Shown in pieces: positions 38,370 through 46,826 of a DNA stretch of 64,000 bases. The notes beneath the pieces are model-generated. The model made no database searches, was not told where the DNA came from, and was given only the letters and a program-made list of their open reading frames with translations. Origin of the DNA: an uncultured Chryseobacterium sp. (GTDB lineage Bacteria; Bacteroidota; Bacteroidia; Flavobacteriales_D; Sanyastnellaceae); NCBI GenBank assembly GCA_964511555.1, contig CAZEFR010000001.1:83698-147697 (forward strand). The letters are read 5' to 3'. Positions within the stretch are counted from its first letter, which is position 1. Every line of letters begins with the position of its first letter. A program made the translations under genes and the position numbers.

Positions 38370-39845
38370 TTAAGATTGAAAGAGTAGTTTGTTCATGGTT
38401 TCGGCTGCGAGTTGTCCGCTTATGATGCTTGGAGGCATTCCAGGCCCGGGAACGGTTAGTTGCCCGGCATAAAACAAGTTGGTGAGTTTTTTACTTCTCA
38501 TGGAAGGTTTTAGAATAGCTGTTTGTTTAAGGGTATTTGCGAGTCCGTATGCATTTCCTTTGAAGCTGTTGTATTCCGAAATAAACTCTTCATGTGCGAA
38601 ACTTCTTTTGTAAACAATGTGACCGCGAATGGTTTCGCCTGTTCTTTTTTCGAGACGATCAAGCATGTTTTCTAGGTAAGTTTCGCGAAGCTCTTCATTG
38701 CTGCTTAGGTTGGGTGCAACAGGAACTAATAAGAAGATATTTTCACAATCAGCGGGTGCAACATGCTCATCGGTTAATGAGGGGACACATGCGTAGAATA
38801 AAGGCTGTGTCGGCCATTGTGGTGCATCATAAATCTCTTGAGCGTGTTTGTCGAAAGGTTCATCGAAGAATAAGTTATGATGCAGAAGATTTTTGACACG
38901 TTTGTTTATCCCGAGATAAAAAAGTAGTGAGGAGGGCGACATGGTTCGCGATTCCCAGTATTTGTCATTGTGCGAACGGTCTTCAGGGGAGAGCATTTTC
39001 GTTTCAACGTGGTGGTAATCCGCAGCTGCAATGACAGCATCCACCTCAAAATTTCCAGATGATGTTATGACACGTGAGGCCTTTCCGTTTTTCGATTCAA
39101 TTTGAGAGACTGTGTTTCCGTAGTGAAAATTGACACCTAGTTTCTTGGCTACCTTTTCCATTGCTTTTGGAATTTCACCCATGCCATTTTTGGGATACCA
39201 AGTCCCAAGTTCCAAATCGGCATAATTCATTAGACTGTATAAAGCAGGTGTTTTTTCTGGCTTTGCGCCGAGAAATAGAACAGGAAATTCAAGCAGCTGT
39301 ATGATTTCAGGGTGCTTAAAATATTTTCGAATGTGGGCTGAAATGGAATTGAATAGGTGAATTTTCACTGCTGCTTTTAAAATTTTCAAATCGAAAAATT
39401 CAGTAGCTGAAAGTGAGGGTTTCCAGACAAATTCCCCCATGCCGGTCTCGTATTTAAATTTTGCTTCGGCAAGGAATTTTTTTAAATTTTCCTTGCTTCC
39501 AGGCTCTAGTTCTTCCAATTTATCTCCTAAAGCATCTGCAGAAGCAGGTACATCGAGTATGTCGTTTGAGAAGTATACGCGGTAGGAAGGGTCTAATCTT
39601 TCCAATGAATAATATTCTTCTCTTTTTTCTCCGTATTGTTCGAAAAATTGTTCAAACACTTCAGGCATCCAATACCAACTGGGACCCATGTCAAAGACGA
39701 ATCCGTTTTGTTCGAAAACACGGCATCTACCGCCAGGGGTGCTATGTTTTTCAAAAACATGTGTATCGAAACCGAGTTGAGCCAAACGACAAGCAGCAGA
39801 CAACCCTGCGAATCCTGCTCCTATAACTGCAATGCGTTTTTTCAT
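38370..39845 (-). CDS. crtI: Phytoene desaturase
   Basis: The ATG at 39845 gives MKKRIAVIGAGFAGLSAA (FAD Rossmann fold). C-terminal GQLTVPGPGMPPSIISG. Confidence 0.92.
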   Translation of the reverse strand: MKKRIAVIGAGFAGLSAACRLAQLGFDTHVFEKHSTPGGRCRVFEQNGFVFDMGPSWYWMPEVFEQFFEQYGEKREEYYSLERLDPSYRVYFSNDILDVPASADALGDKLEELEPGSKENLKKFLAEAKFKYETGMGEFVWKPSLSATEFFDLKILKAAVKIHLFNSISAHIRKYFKHPEIIQLLEFPVLFLGAKPEKTPALYSLMNYADLELGTWYPKNGMGEIPKAMEKVAKKLGVNFHYGNTVSQIESKNGKASRVITSSGNFEVDAVIAAADYHHVETKMLSPEDRSHNDKYWESRTMSPSSLLFYLGINKRVKNLLHHNLFFDEPFDKHAQEIYDAPQWPTQPLFYACVPSLTDEHVAPADCENIFLLVPVAPNLSSNEELRETYLENMLDRLEKRTGETIRGHIVYKRSFAHEEFISEYNSFKGNAYGLANTLKQTAILKPSMRSKKLTNLFYAGQLTVPGPGMPPSIISGQLAAETMNKLLFQS

Positions 39846-39925
39846 AAAGTTTAAAACAGAATGCCGTGTTTTTTGTTCTCTATTTAACAAAAATTCAAGA
39901 GCTTGGGTGAAGATACCTCTAAAAA

Positions 39926-40891
39926 TTAGCGTACCCTAATTTTGCGCCCAATTTTTAGGTTAGTCGAGGGCTTTATGCCGTTCAGCTTGCACAGTTTTGA
40001 GACGGTAGTTTTGTTTTTATTGGCAATAGAAGAAAGGGTGTCTCCTTTCCGAATGGTGTGATATTTACTTCCGGAAGTATTTTTCGAATTGTTTGAAGCT
40101 CCGGCTGCAACAGCTGGTTTTGTGGGTGCTGCAAGTTTTTGCTGAGTGAGTTCGAAGACAGGTGATTTAAGTGCTTTTTGATTTGGTATTATCATGTAAG
40201 CAGGATCAAAAGGGTTCCCAAGGTATCTTGTTTCGAAGTGAAGATGCGAGCCATATGATCTACCTGTATTTCCTCCTAAACCTAACGTGGTTCCTGCCTG
40301 CACATATTGTCCTGGAACAACCCATCTAGCCGACATGTGAGCGTACAAAGTTTCAAGGCCATTCGGATGCCTAACAACAACCACGTTACCATATGTGTCA
40401 CTGAATTGTGAGATTCTGACAAGGCCCTCAAACATACTGTAAACAGGATCTCCGGTGTTTAAATCTAGGTCCAGTCCTGCATGCAGTCTTCCCCATCTTG
40501 GACCGAAAGGTGATGTTTGACGGCCGACATCGGTAGGAAATGCAAAGTCACACGAATCAATAATAAGTTGAAATTGCAATGCAGAATCCGATTGGAAGGT
40601 GATGTTTCTTTTCTTATGCCAAATATTTTGAGTATCCCAACTTTGGTAGTTGGCATAGCTTGGAATAGTTGAAAGAGAATCATCACGCTCTTTCATATTC
40701 AGATTTATTTGAGGAAGAAGCGGTGTAACGACTAGGTTGTTTTTGTAGGTTTTTAGATAGTCTTTAGCGTTTGCCCACGCCGAGGTGTCGGCCATAAGTT
40801 CAAGCGCCGATTCAATCGACCCCGAAGGTTGAGCCTGAGATGAATACCCCAGAATTCCAAAAAGAACAACGAATATGACTCTATTAAACAT
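39926..40891 (-). CDS. M23 family metallopeptidase with C-terminal LysM domain
   Basis: HAGLDL (HxxxD), GSHLHFE (HxH), and LysM YHTIRKGDTLSSIANK..LNGI..LKIGRKIRV. Confidence 0.88.
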   Translation of the reverse strand: MFNRVIFVVLFGILGYSSQAQPSGSIESALELMADTSAWANAKDYLKTYKNNLVVTPLLPQINLNMKERDDSLSTIPSYANYQSWDTQNIWHKKRNITFQSDSALQFQLIIDSCDFAFPTDVGRQTSPFGPRWGRLHAGLDLDLNTGDPVYSMFEGLVRISQFSDTYGNVVVVRHPNGLETLYAHMSARWVVPGQYVQAGTTLGLGGNTGRSYGSHLHFETRYLGNPFDPAYMIIPNQKALKSPVFELTQQKLAAPTKPAVAAGASNNSKNTSGSKYHTIRKGDTLSSIANKNKTTVSKLCKLNGIKPSTNLKIGRKIRVR

Positions 40892-40954
40892 CTACTGCGA
40901 AAATAAGGATTAATTTTTTAACGAGTTTAGAGCCACATTTCGGAGATTTGCAAA

Positions 40955-41659
40955 ATGATAAAAGTTAACCTACTCGTTGTATCGGTTCATCCGGATGACG
41001 CAGAAATAAGCGCGGCTGGAACCATTATTAAGTCTGTTCAAGATGGTAAAATAGTTGGGTTAGTTGATCTAACGAAAGGTGAAAAGGGGACACGTGGAAG
41101 TGCAGAGCTTCGTATGATTGAGGCGCAGCGAGCTTCCGAGATTATGGGTACTCACTATAGAGAAAACCTCGGTTTAGAAGATTGCTTCTTCACAGATTCT
41201 CCTGAAAATAAAATGAAGGTTATTGATGTTATACGAAAGTATAAACCAGATGTTGTCTTTACAAATTCACTTCGCGATAGACATCCGGACCATGCTCGTG
41301 CAGCAAAGTTAGTAGCAGAATGTTGCTTCTACGCTGGTCTTCCGAAAATAGAGACTTCGCATGAGGCATGGAGGCCAAGGTCTGTTTATCACTTCAATCA
41401 GGATTTCTATAATCAACCAGATTTCGTGGTTGACATTACATCACAAATGGATCTGAAAATCGAAACGTTGAAGGCTTTTTCAAGTCAGTTTTTCGATCCG
41501 AATTCACAAGAACCAAAGACTCCAATTTCCGGAGAAGAGTTCTTTGATTTCATTAAAGGTAGAGCCATGGATTTCGGTCGCTACGCGGGATATCAATATG
41601 CAGAGGGATTCATTGCATCGCGTCCTATGGGAATGCGCGATGTTTTCAGTCTAGATTAA
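40955..41659 (+). CDS. bshB1: PIG-L/LmbE family deacetylase, likely bacillithiol biosynthesis deacetylase BshB1
   Basis: VSVHPDDAEISAAGTI and RDRHPDHARAAKL. Size is 234 aa. Confidence 0.75.
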   Translation: MIKVNLLVVSVHPDDAEISAAGTIIKSVQDGKIVGLVDLTKGEKGTRGSAELRMIEAQRASEIMGTHYRENLGLEDCFFTDSPENKMKVIDVIRKYKPDVVFTNSLRDRHPDHARAAKLVAECCFYAGLPKIETSHEAWRPRSVYHFNQDFYNQPDFVVDITSQMDLKIETLKAFSSQFFDPNSQEPKTPISGEEFFDFIKGRAMDFGRYAGYQYAEGFIASRPMGMRDVFSLD

Positions 41660-42847
41660 CGTCTCTTTTTTCTTCAACTTGAAATAAAAGAAAACTTGCA
41701 CCAAGCATTGCGTCATAAACGCTGCCGAAGCTGCCAGGCAAGCACCGTTAATATTGTCGCTCGGAATTAGGATTGCAGAGCAATAAATAGCGACAGAGAA
41801 TCCAGTTACAGCGGAATAGAAATTGTATTTGTGCAAACCTTTTCCTGAAAATAAATGGGCGAAAGACACAGTGGCTGCATTAGCAATTATTCCAGGGACA
41901 AGAAAAAAGAATCCCTCTTTTAAAAATGCAATGTCATAGTCTACAAATACTGCAAGCCAAGAATTCGGTACGAGCATGAAGCAGAGTGTTCCGAATGTCG
42001 TTGCGGAAATTCCAATGATTAAATATCGTTTAGTAAGTGTGAGATGTTCACTGAAATTCGTTGTTTGCGCCACCCGCGATGCGAGTATGGACGAGAGACT
42101 TTTTACAACAGACCAGAGTGCTTCAGCCACATACAGAAGTATGGAAAATACACCTGCGAAAACTTTTCCTTCAGCACCTATATTTTCAAGGAAGTACAAG
42201 TACGAACGCTGATTTCCTAAATGAAAAATATTTCCCAATTGCGCATATCCACCAAGTTTTGCTGTTTGTTGCAAATCGCTTTTCGATAAGTCGAAGCGCA
42301 TGTTTTTCCACGCTTCCGAAGTAAGATAAAATCCAACAGAAGCGGTTAGTATGAACGCAAGTAACTGTCCTGAAATAAACGCTGTAATTCCCCAATCTGT
42401 TGCCAAGTAAAAGCATGTTACGAAAGCCAAGGAAGAGATCGATTGTGTGAAAAGTAAAATTTGATAAGATTCAATTTTTTCCTTTCCCAATAAAATCATT
42501 TGTTGCAAAACAAAAACAGCCTGAAGCGTTCCTAAAAGAATTGTGAACCCTACGAATGGTGCGTTTAAAACCAAGAGCAGTGCAGAAGTTAAAATGGCAC
42601 TAATTACAATCCATAGGAGAGAAGGAAGCGCAATTTTATTTTCACCCATACGAGGAATTAAATAGATGAGCGCACCTCCGCCGATGAACTGACTTAACGT
42701 GGCGAGAATGAGAATTCCGAAATTGATGAGTGCAATGGTTCCTTGTCCTTCAACTTGAACAAAATGCAAATTCAAAAGCACGAGCAACAAAGCTGAAACC
42801 AGTCCGAATGCTCTATTCAATATGGAAAGTAATTCTACTCGCTTCAT
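41651..42847 (-). CDS. Polytopic membrane protein, polysaccharide flippase (Wzx/MOP)-like
   Basis: About 12 predicted TM segments. ATGA overlap with the upstream glycosyltransferase gene. The family assignment is tentative. Confidence 0.5.
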   Translation of the reverse strand: MKRVELLSILNRAFGLVSALLLVLLNLHFVQVEGQGTIALINFGILILATLSQFIGGGALIYLIPRMGENKIALPSLLWIVISAILTSALLLVLNAPFVGFTILLGTLQAVFVLQQMILLGKEKIESYQILLFTQSISSLAFVTCFYLATDWGITAFISGQLLAFILTASVGFYLTSEAWKNMRFDLSKSDLQQTAKLGGYAQLGNIFHLGNQRSYLYFLENIGAEGKVFAGVFSILLYVAEALWSVVKSLSSILASRVAQTTNFSEHLTLTKRYLIIGISATTFGTLCFMLVPNSWLAVFVDYDIAFLKEGFFFLVPGIIANAATVSFAHLFSGKGLHKYNFYSAVTGFSVAIYCSAILIPSDNINGACLAASAAFMTQCLVQVFFYFKLKKKETLI

Positions 42848-43980
42848 TGATTTAGTGCTTGCTCGTATGCTTCGATGAATTTTTTTCCAACTGAATTGAA
42901 TGAGAAGTTATTCTCGGCGTATACAGAAATTTCTTCACGATTAATTTCATGCATTTCATGATGTGAAGTTAACAACGCATTCATTAATTGCTCTTCATTC
43001 TTCGCATCAATGAGTTTGTTCCATCTGCAGAAGCCCATGTGCTCTGCAATGCCGCCTACGCGCGTTGCAATGACATTCATTCCGCTGGCCATGGCTTCGA
43101 TCATTACGAGAGGTAAGTTTTCGTAGTTGCTGAAAAGAATAAACGTATGTGAAGCATTCATTTTTGCTGCGACTTCTTGTTGGTTCAGGGCCCCGAAAAA
43201 CGAGATGCTGCTTTCGCGGATGTTCAATTCCTGACTTCTTTTTTTCCAATGTTGAATATCACCATCGCCCCCAAGTTCAAGCAGGACCTCTTCCACTTGA
43301 TCTGAGAATTTTTTCCAAACTTGAAGAATGCCTTCAATGTTTTTGTGGTTGTTAACTAGGTGTGAAATATGAAGAAAAGTATGGGTTGAATTTTTGTTTG
43401 CAATCTTGAAAAATCCGGTATTCACAACATTCGGAACAATAACCGAAGGTTTGTTGAATCCGAGTTTACGCATAGCATCTTCGAGTTGCTGAGTAACAGG
43501 AAGAAGAAGATTCGATTGGTTTGCAACATAACGCATGTAGCTGCGAATGGGCAACGGTAAAGGCCCTCTTTCAGTCGCGTGATAGCCTGTCCAGTTGTCT
43601 GAAATGACAAAAGGAATTTTCCATTTCCGTTTAATGTAAAGTGCCTGCCATCCTTCCGTCCAAACCATATTGAGTTGAATGATGTTGGGCTTGTTCGTTC
43701 TGAAATTGATGTATTCAATTCCTTTTTTCAAAGCGCGGATACGATTTCGAAAAAGAAATCCATTGGATGAATAATAAACTCGAACAATGCGGACATTGCT
43801 TTCTTCGGCATCTTCAATCGTGAAATTTTCAATTGTGCTGTTCTTCGATAGATACAGTACGGTAATCTTCGCGAAAAGGGCAACTGCCTCTGCGTGTCGC
43901 TGCACAAAATTCCCAAGGGTGTTGTGTGTTTTGCTTGGGAACCAGCTGCTGAGAAAGAGAATATGAAGTTGCTTTTTCAC
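42844..43980 (-). CDS. Glycosyltransferase family 4
   Basis: C-terminal GT-B motif NYENLPLVMIEAMASGMNVIATRVGGIAE. Confidence 0.8.
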   Translation of the reverse strand: MKKQLHILFLSSWFPSKTHNTLGNFVQRHAEAVALFAKITVLYLSKNSTIENFTIEDAEESNVRIVRVYYSSNGFLFRNRIRALKKGIEYINFRTNKPNIIQLNMVWTEGWQALYIKRKWKIPFVISDNWTGYHATERGPLPLPIRSYMRYVANQSNLLLPVTQQLEDAMRKLGFNKPSVIVPNVVNTGFFKIANKNSTHTFLHISHLVNNHKNIEGILQVWKKFSDQVEEVLLELGGDGDIQHWKKRSQELNIRESSISFFGALNQQEVAAKMNASHTFILFSNYENLPLVMIEAMASGMNVIATRVGGIAEHMGFCRWNKLIDAKNEEQLMNALLTSHHEMHEINREEISVYAENNFSFNSVGKKFIEAYEQALNQ

Positions 43981-44043
43981 GCGTGCAAGATACTAATTCA
44001 AAAAAATACTCAGGTCTATTTGTTCAAATAGAAGTTATGTGTT

Positions 44044-44051
44044 TATCTTTG
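44044..44051 (+). promoter_or_regulatory. Bacteroidota -7 box TATCTTTG for tRNA-His
   Basis: Exact TAnnTTTG match, 13 nt upstream of the tRNA 5' end. Confidence 0.5.
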
Positions 44052-44064
44052 CGCCCTCTTAGAC

Positions 44065-44142
44065 GGTGGTTTTAGCTCAGTTGGTTAGAGCATCAGTTTG
44101 TGGTTCTGAGGGTCGTGGGTTCGAATCCCATAAGCCACCCCA
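44065..44142 (+). tRNA. tRNA-His (anticodon GTG) with encoded G-1 and encoded 3' CCA
   Basis: Manual cloverleaf: acceptor GTGGTTT/AAGCCAC, D arm GCTC..GAGC, anticodon loop TTGTGGT, T arm GTGGG-TTCGAAT-CCCAT. The extra 5' G pairs with discriminator C73. CCA is at 44140-44142. Confidence 0.95.
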
Positions 44143-44152
44143 CTGGAAAAAG

Positions 44153-44180
44153 AAAAGGTCGACGTTTGTCGACCTTTTTT
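44153..44180. terminator. Bidirectional intrinsic terminator between tRNA-His and trxB
   Basis: AAAAGGTCGAC-GTTT-GTCGACCTTTT (11 bp), flanked by a T run on the plus strand and an A run that reads as T on the minus strand. Confidence 0.8.
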
Positions 44181-44201
44181 GTTTTCTATCCATTCAATTG
44201 T

Positions 44202-45152
44202 TTAGTGAATTCCTTTCGAAGCTAAATAACGCTCAGCGTCTAAGGCAGCCATACATCCGGTTCCTGCTGCAGTTACTGCTTGACGATAGTTTTTGTCAGC
44301 GGCATCTCCTGAAACAAATACCCCTTCAACATTGGTTTTAGAGGATCCTGGAGTGTTTATGATGTAACCTGTTTCGTCAGTGGTAATGAATTCTTTGAAT
44401 ACACCCGTATTCGGATTGTGTCCAATTGCAACAAAAAAACCGGTTATATCTACCGTGCGATTTTCTCCGGTCTCACTGTTTTTGAATATTGCGCCTTCAA
44501 CAGCATCTTTGCCAAGAATGTCAACCGTTGTAGAATTCCAAAGAATTTCAATATTAGGGGTTGCTAGGACGCGATTTTGCATGGCCCTTGAAGCACGCAT
44601 TTTATCACTTCGAACAATCATATAAACTTTCTTACAAAGTTTAGCAAGGTAGGTAGCTTCTTCAGCTGCTGTGTCTCCAGCGCCAACGATAGCAACATCT
44701 TGATTGCGATAGAAGAATCCGTCGCATACTGCGCAAGCACTTACACCGCCGCCTAAATTACGAAGGCGAATTTCGTTGTCAAGTCCCAACCATTTAGCAG
44801 AAGCTCCGGTTGCAATAATAACAGCATCAGCAGAAATTACGTGTTTTCCATTGTCAATTTCGACGAAATGCTTACTTCCCGAAAAATCTACTTTCGTCAC
44901 CCACCCGTTACGAATATCTGTTCCGAAACGCTTGGCCTGATTTTCTAAATCAGCCATCATCTCCGGTCCTTTAACGCCATTTGGGTACCCAGGGAAATTG
45001 TCCACTTCAGTCGTGTCCATTAATTGTCCACCTGGCTGTTGTCCTTGATAAATTACAGGCTTCATATCGGCGCGTGCTGCGTAAATAGCCGCTGTGTAAC
45101 CAGCTGGTCCGCTGCCGATAATGAGACATTTGATGTGTTCGTTCGCTTCCAT
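44202..45152 (-). CDS. trxB: Thioredoxin-disulfide reductase
   Basis: IIGSGPAGYTAAIYA, the redox-active CAVCDG, and GAGDTAAEEA. Confidence 0.95.
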   Translation of the reverse strand: MEANEHIKCLIIGSGPAGYTAAIYAARADMKPVIYQGQQPGGQLMDTTEVDNFPGYPNGVKGPEMMADLENQAKRFGTDIRNGWVTKVDFSGSKHFVEIDNGKHVISADAVIIATGASAKWLGLDNEIRLRNLGGGVSACAVCDGFFYRNQDVAIVGAGDTAAEEATYLAKLCKKVYMIVRSDKMRASRAMQNRVLATPNIEILWNSTTVDILGKDAVEGAIFKNSETGENRTVDITGFFVAIGHNPNTGVFKEFITTDETGYIINTPGSSKTNVEGVFVSGDAADKNYRQAVTAAGTGCMAALDAERYLASKGIH

Positions 45153-45177
45153 ATTATTCTAATTTTTATTGAGTGGA

Positions 45178-45185
45178 CAAATATA
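45178..45185 (-). promoter_or_regulatory. Bacteroidota -7 box TATATTTG upstream of trxB
   Basis: Plus-strand CAAATATA is an exact TAnnTTTG match on the minus strand, 25 nt upstream of the trxB ATG. Confidence 0.45.
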
Positions 45186-45225
45186 ATGTGACTGAAGCTT
45201 GACACTGTGTGATTTTACGCACAGG

Positions 45226-45981
45226 TTATTCAAAAGCTGTCATAAGAAATGCATCCCATAACGGATCTTCCGGGGGTGGTGCCGAGATTACAACTGGTGT
45301 TTTTTTTACAGGATGAATAAACTCTATTTTTCGGGCGTGAAGGTGAATGCTCGCATTGTCGTTGGTACGCTTGCTTCCGTATTTAATATCGCCTTTGATA
45401 GGACAGCCGAGTTGGGAAAGTGTTGCGCGAATTTGATGGTGTCTGCCCGTTTTCGGATATACTTCAACAAATGTGTAATGGTCACCCTTGCCCAATACTT
45501 TGTAATTCAGTTCAGATTCTTTTCTGTCAGGTGCGGGTTCGTTGTAGAAGAATGATTTGTTCTGCTTTTCATCTTTCCATAAATAATTTAATACATGACC
45601 CTCCAATTTTGGTGGTGCATCCTGAACCACAGCCCAATAGGTTTTAGCCACATCGCGCGATTTGAAGTCCATAGTTAGCCTCGATAGTGCTTTACTGGTC
45701 TTGGCATAAACAACCACACCGCTGACGGGCCTGTCTATTCGATGAATAGTACCGCAAAAAACCTCGCCAGGCTTGTTGTATTTTGCTTTTATGTATTGTT
45801 TTATAATATCGCTCAAAACAACATCACCTGTTTTATCGCCTTGCACAATATCAGAATTACGCTTGTTAACGGCAATGATGTGATTGTCTTCGAACAGGAC
45901 ACGAAGATTTTCAACAGTTGTTACTTCAAGCGGTTTTTTTGGTGCTCGGTCCCAGACTTTGGGCGCGTTTTTTTTCATCAA
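45226..45981 (-). CDS. RluA family pseudouridine synthase
   Basis: Catalytic-Asp motif [15 protein letters not shown], plus GRHHQIR. Confidence 0.88.
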   Translation of the reverse strand: MMKKNAPKVWDRAPKKPLEVTTVENLRVLFEDNHIIAVNKRNSDIVQGDKTGDVVLSDIIKQYIKAKYNKPGEVFCGTIHRIDRPVSGVVVYAKTSKALSRLTMDFKSRDVAKTYWAVVQDAPPKLEGHVLNYLWKDEKQNKSFFYNEPAPDRKESELNYKVLGKGDHYTFVEVYPKTGRHHQIRATLSQLGCPIKGDIKYGSKRTNDNASIHLHARKIEFIHPVKKTPVVISAPPPEDPLWDAFLMTAFE

Positions 45982-46793
45982 TACTGCTCTTTGTCGTTCG
46001 GGAAATCAACGCTTCTTACATCGCTTACATACTGCTCCAATGCAACGCGCATTTGCTCACCCATGTTTAAGTATTTGCGTAAGAATCTCGGAGTGAATCC
46101 TTCGGTAATTCCAAGCATATCGTGTAATACCAATACTTGCCCGTCAACGTCGCTTCCCGCGCCAATTCCTATGATCGGAACATGTACTTCTTGCGCAACA
46201 CGTTTAGCGAGTGCAGCGGGGATTTTTTCAAGAACAATTGCAAAACAACCACTTTCTGCCAGAAGCTTAGCGTCGTGAATAAGCCTTTCGGCTTCGGCTT
46301 CTTCCTTAGCGCGAACTTGATAAGTTCCGAATTTGTATATGCTTTGCGGTGTTAAGCCAAGGTGTCCCATGACAGGAATACCGGCAGTTAAAATTCGTTT
46401 TACACTTTCAACAATCTCTTCTCCACCTTCCATTTTAATGGCGTGTCCCCCTGTTTCTTTCATAATACGTATGGCAGAGTTCAAGGCTTCTTTCGAGTTC
46501 CCCTGGTACGATCCAAAGGGCATATCTACAACAACCAATGATCTGTTGCTTGCTCGCACTACGCTAGCCGCGTGGTAAATCATTTGGTCTAACGTAATTG
46601 GAAGGGTAGTTTCATGTCCGGCCATGACATTGGATGCGGAATCTCCAACAAGAATGACGTCTATTCCAGATTGATCTACTATGAGTGCCATGGAGTAATC
46701 ATATGCAGTAAGCATAGAAATTTTTATTCCCTTGTTCTTCATTTCCTGAAGAGTATGGGTTGTTACTCTGCGGACTTCTTTGTTTACTGACAT
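45978..46793 (-). CDS. panB: 3-methyl-2-oxobutanoate hydroxymethyltransferase
   Basis: [36 protein letters not shown]. Confidence 0.95.
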   Translation of the reverse strand: MSVNKEVRRVTTHTLQEMKNKGIKISMLTAYDYSMALIVDQSGIDVILVGDSASNVMAGHETTLPITLDQMIYHAASVVRASNRSLVVVDMPFGSYQGNSKEALNSAIRIMKETGGHAIKMEGGEEIVESVKRILTAGIPVMGHLGLTPQSIYKFGTYQVRAKEEAEAERLIHDAKLLAESGCFAIVLEKIPAALAKRVAQEVHVPIIGIGAGSDVDGQVLVLHDMLGITEGFTPRFLRKYLNMGEQMRVALEQYVSDVRSVDFPNDKEQY

Positions 46794-46826
46794 TTCTTTT
46801 TGTTAATTAAGAGGCAAAAGTGAGGA

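Noticed and set aside
42844-43980. Could the GT4 glycosyltransferase near bshB1 be BshA?
   Set aside because: The N-terminus (MKKQLHILFLSSWFPSKTHNTLGNF) does not look like BshA. The gene is on the opposite strand, translationally coupled to a flippase-like membrane protein, which fits polysaccharide synthesis better.
45198-45222. Hairpin CTGTGTG-N6-CGCACAG between the rluA-family gene and trxB, considered as a terminator.
   Set aside because: On the transcribed minus strand the stem carries an A-C mismatch and no T tract follows it.
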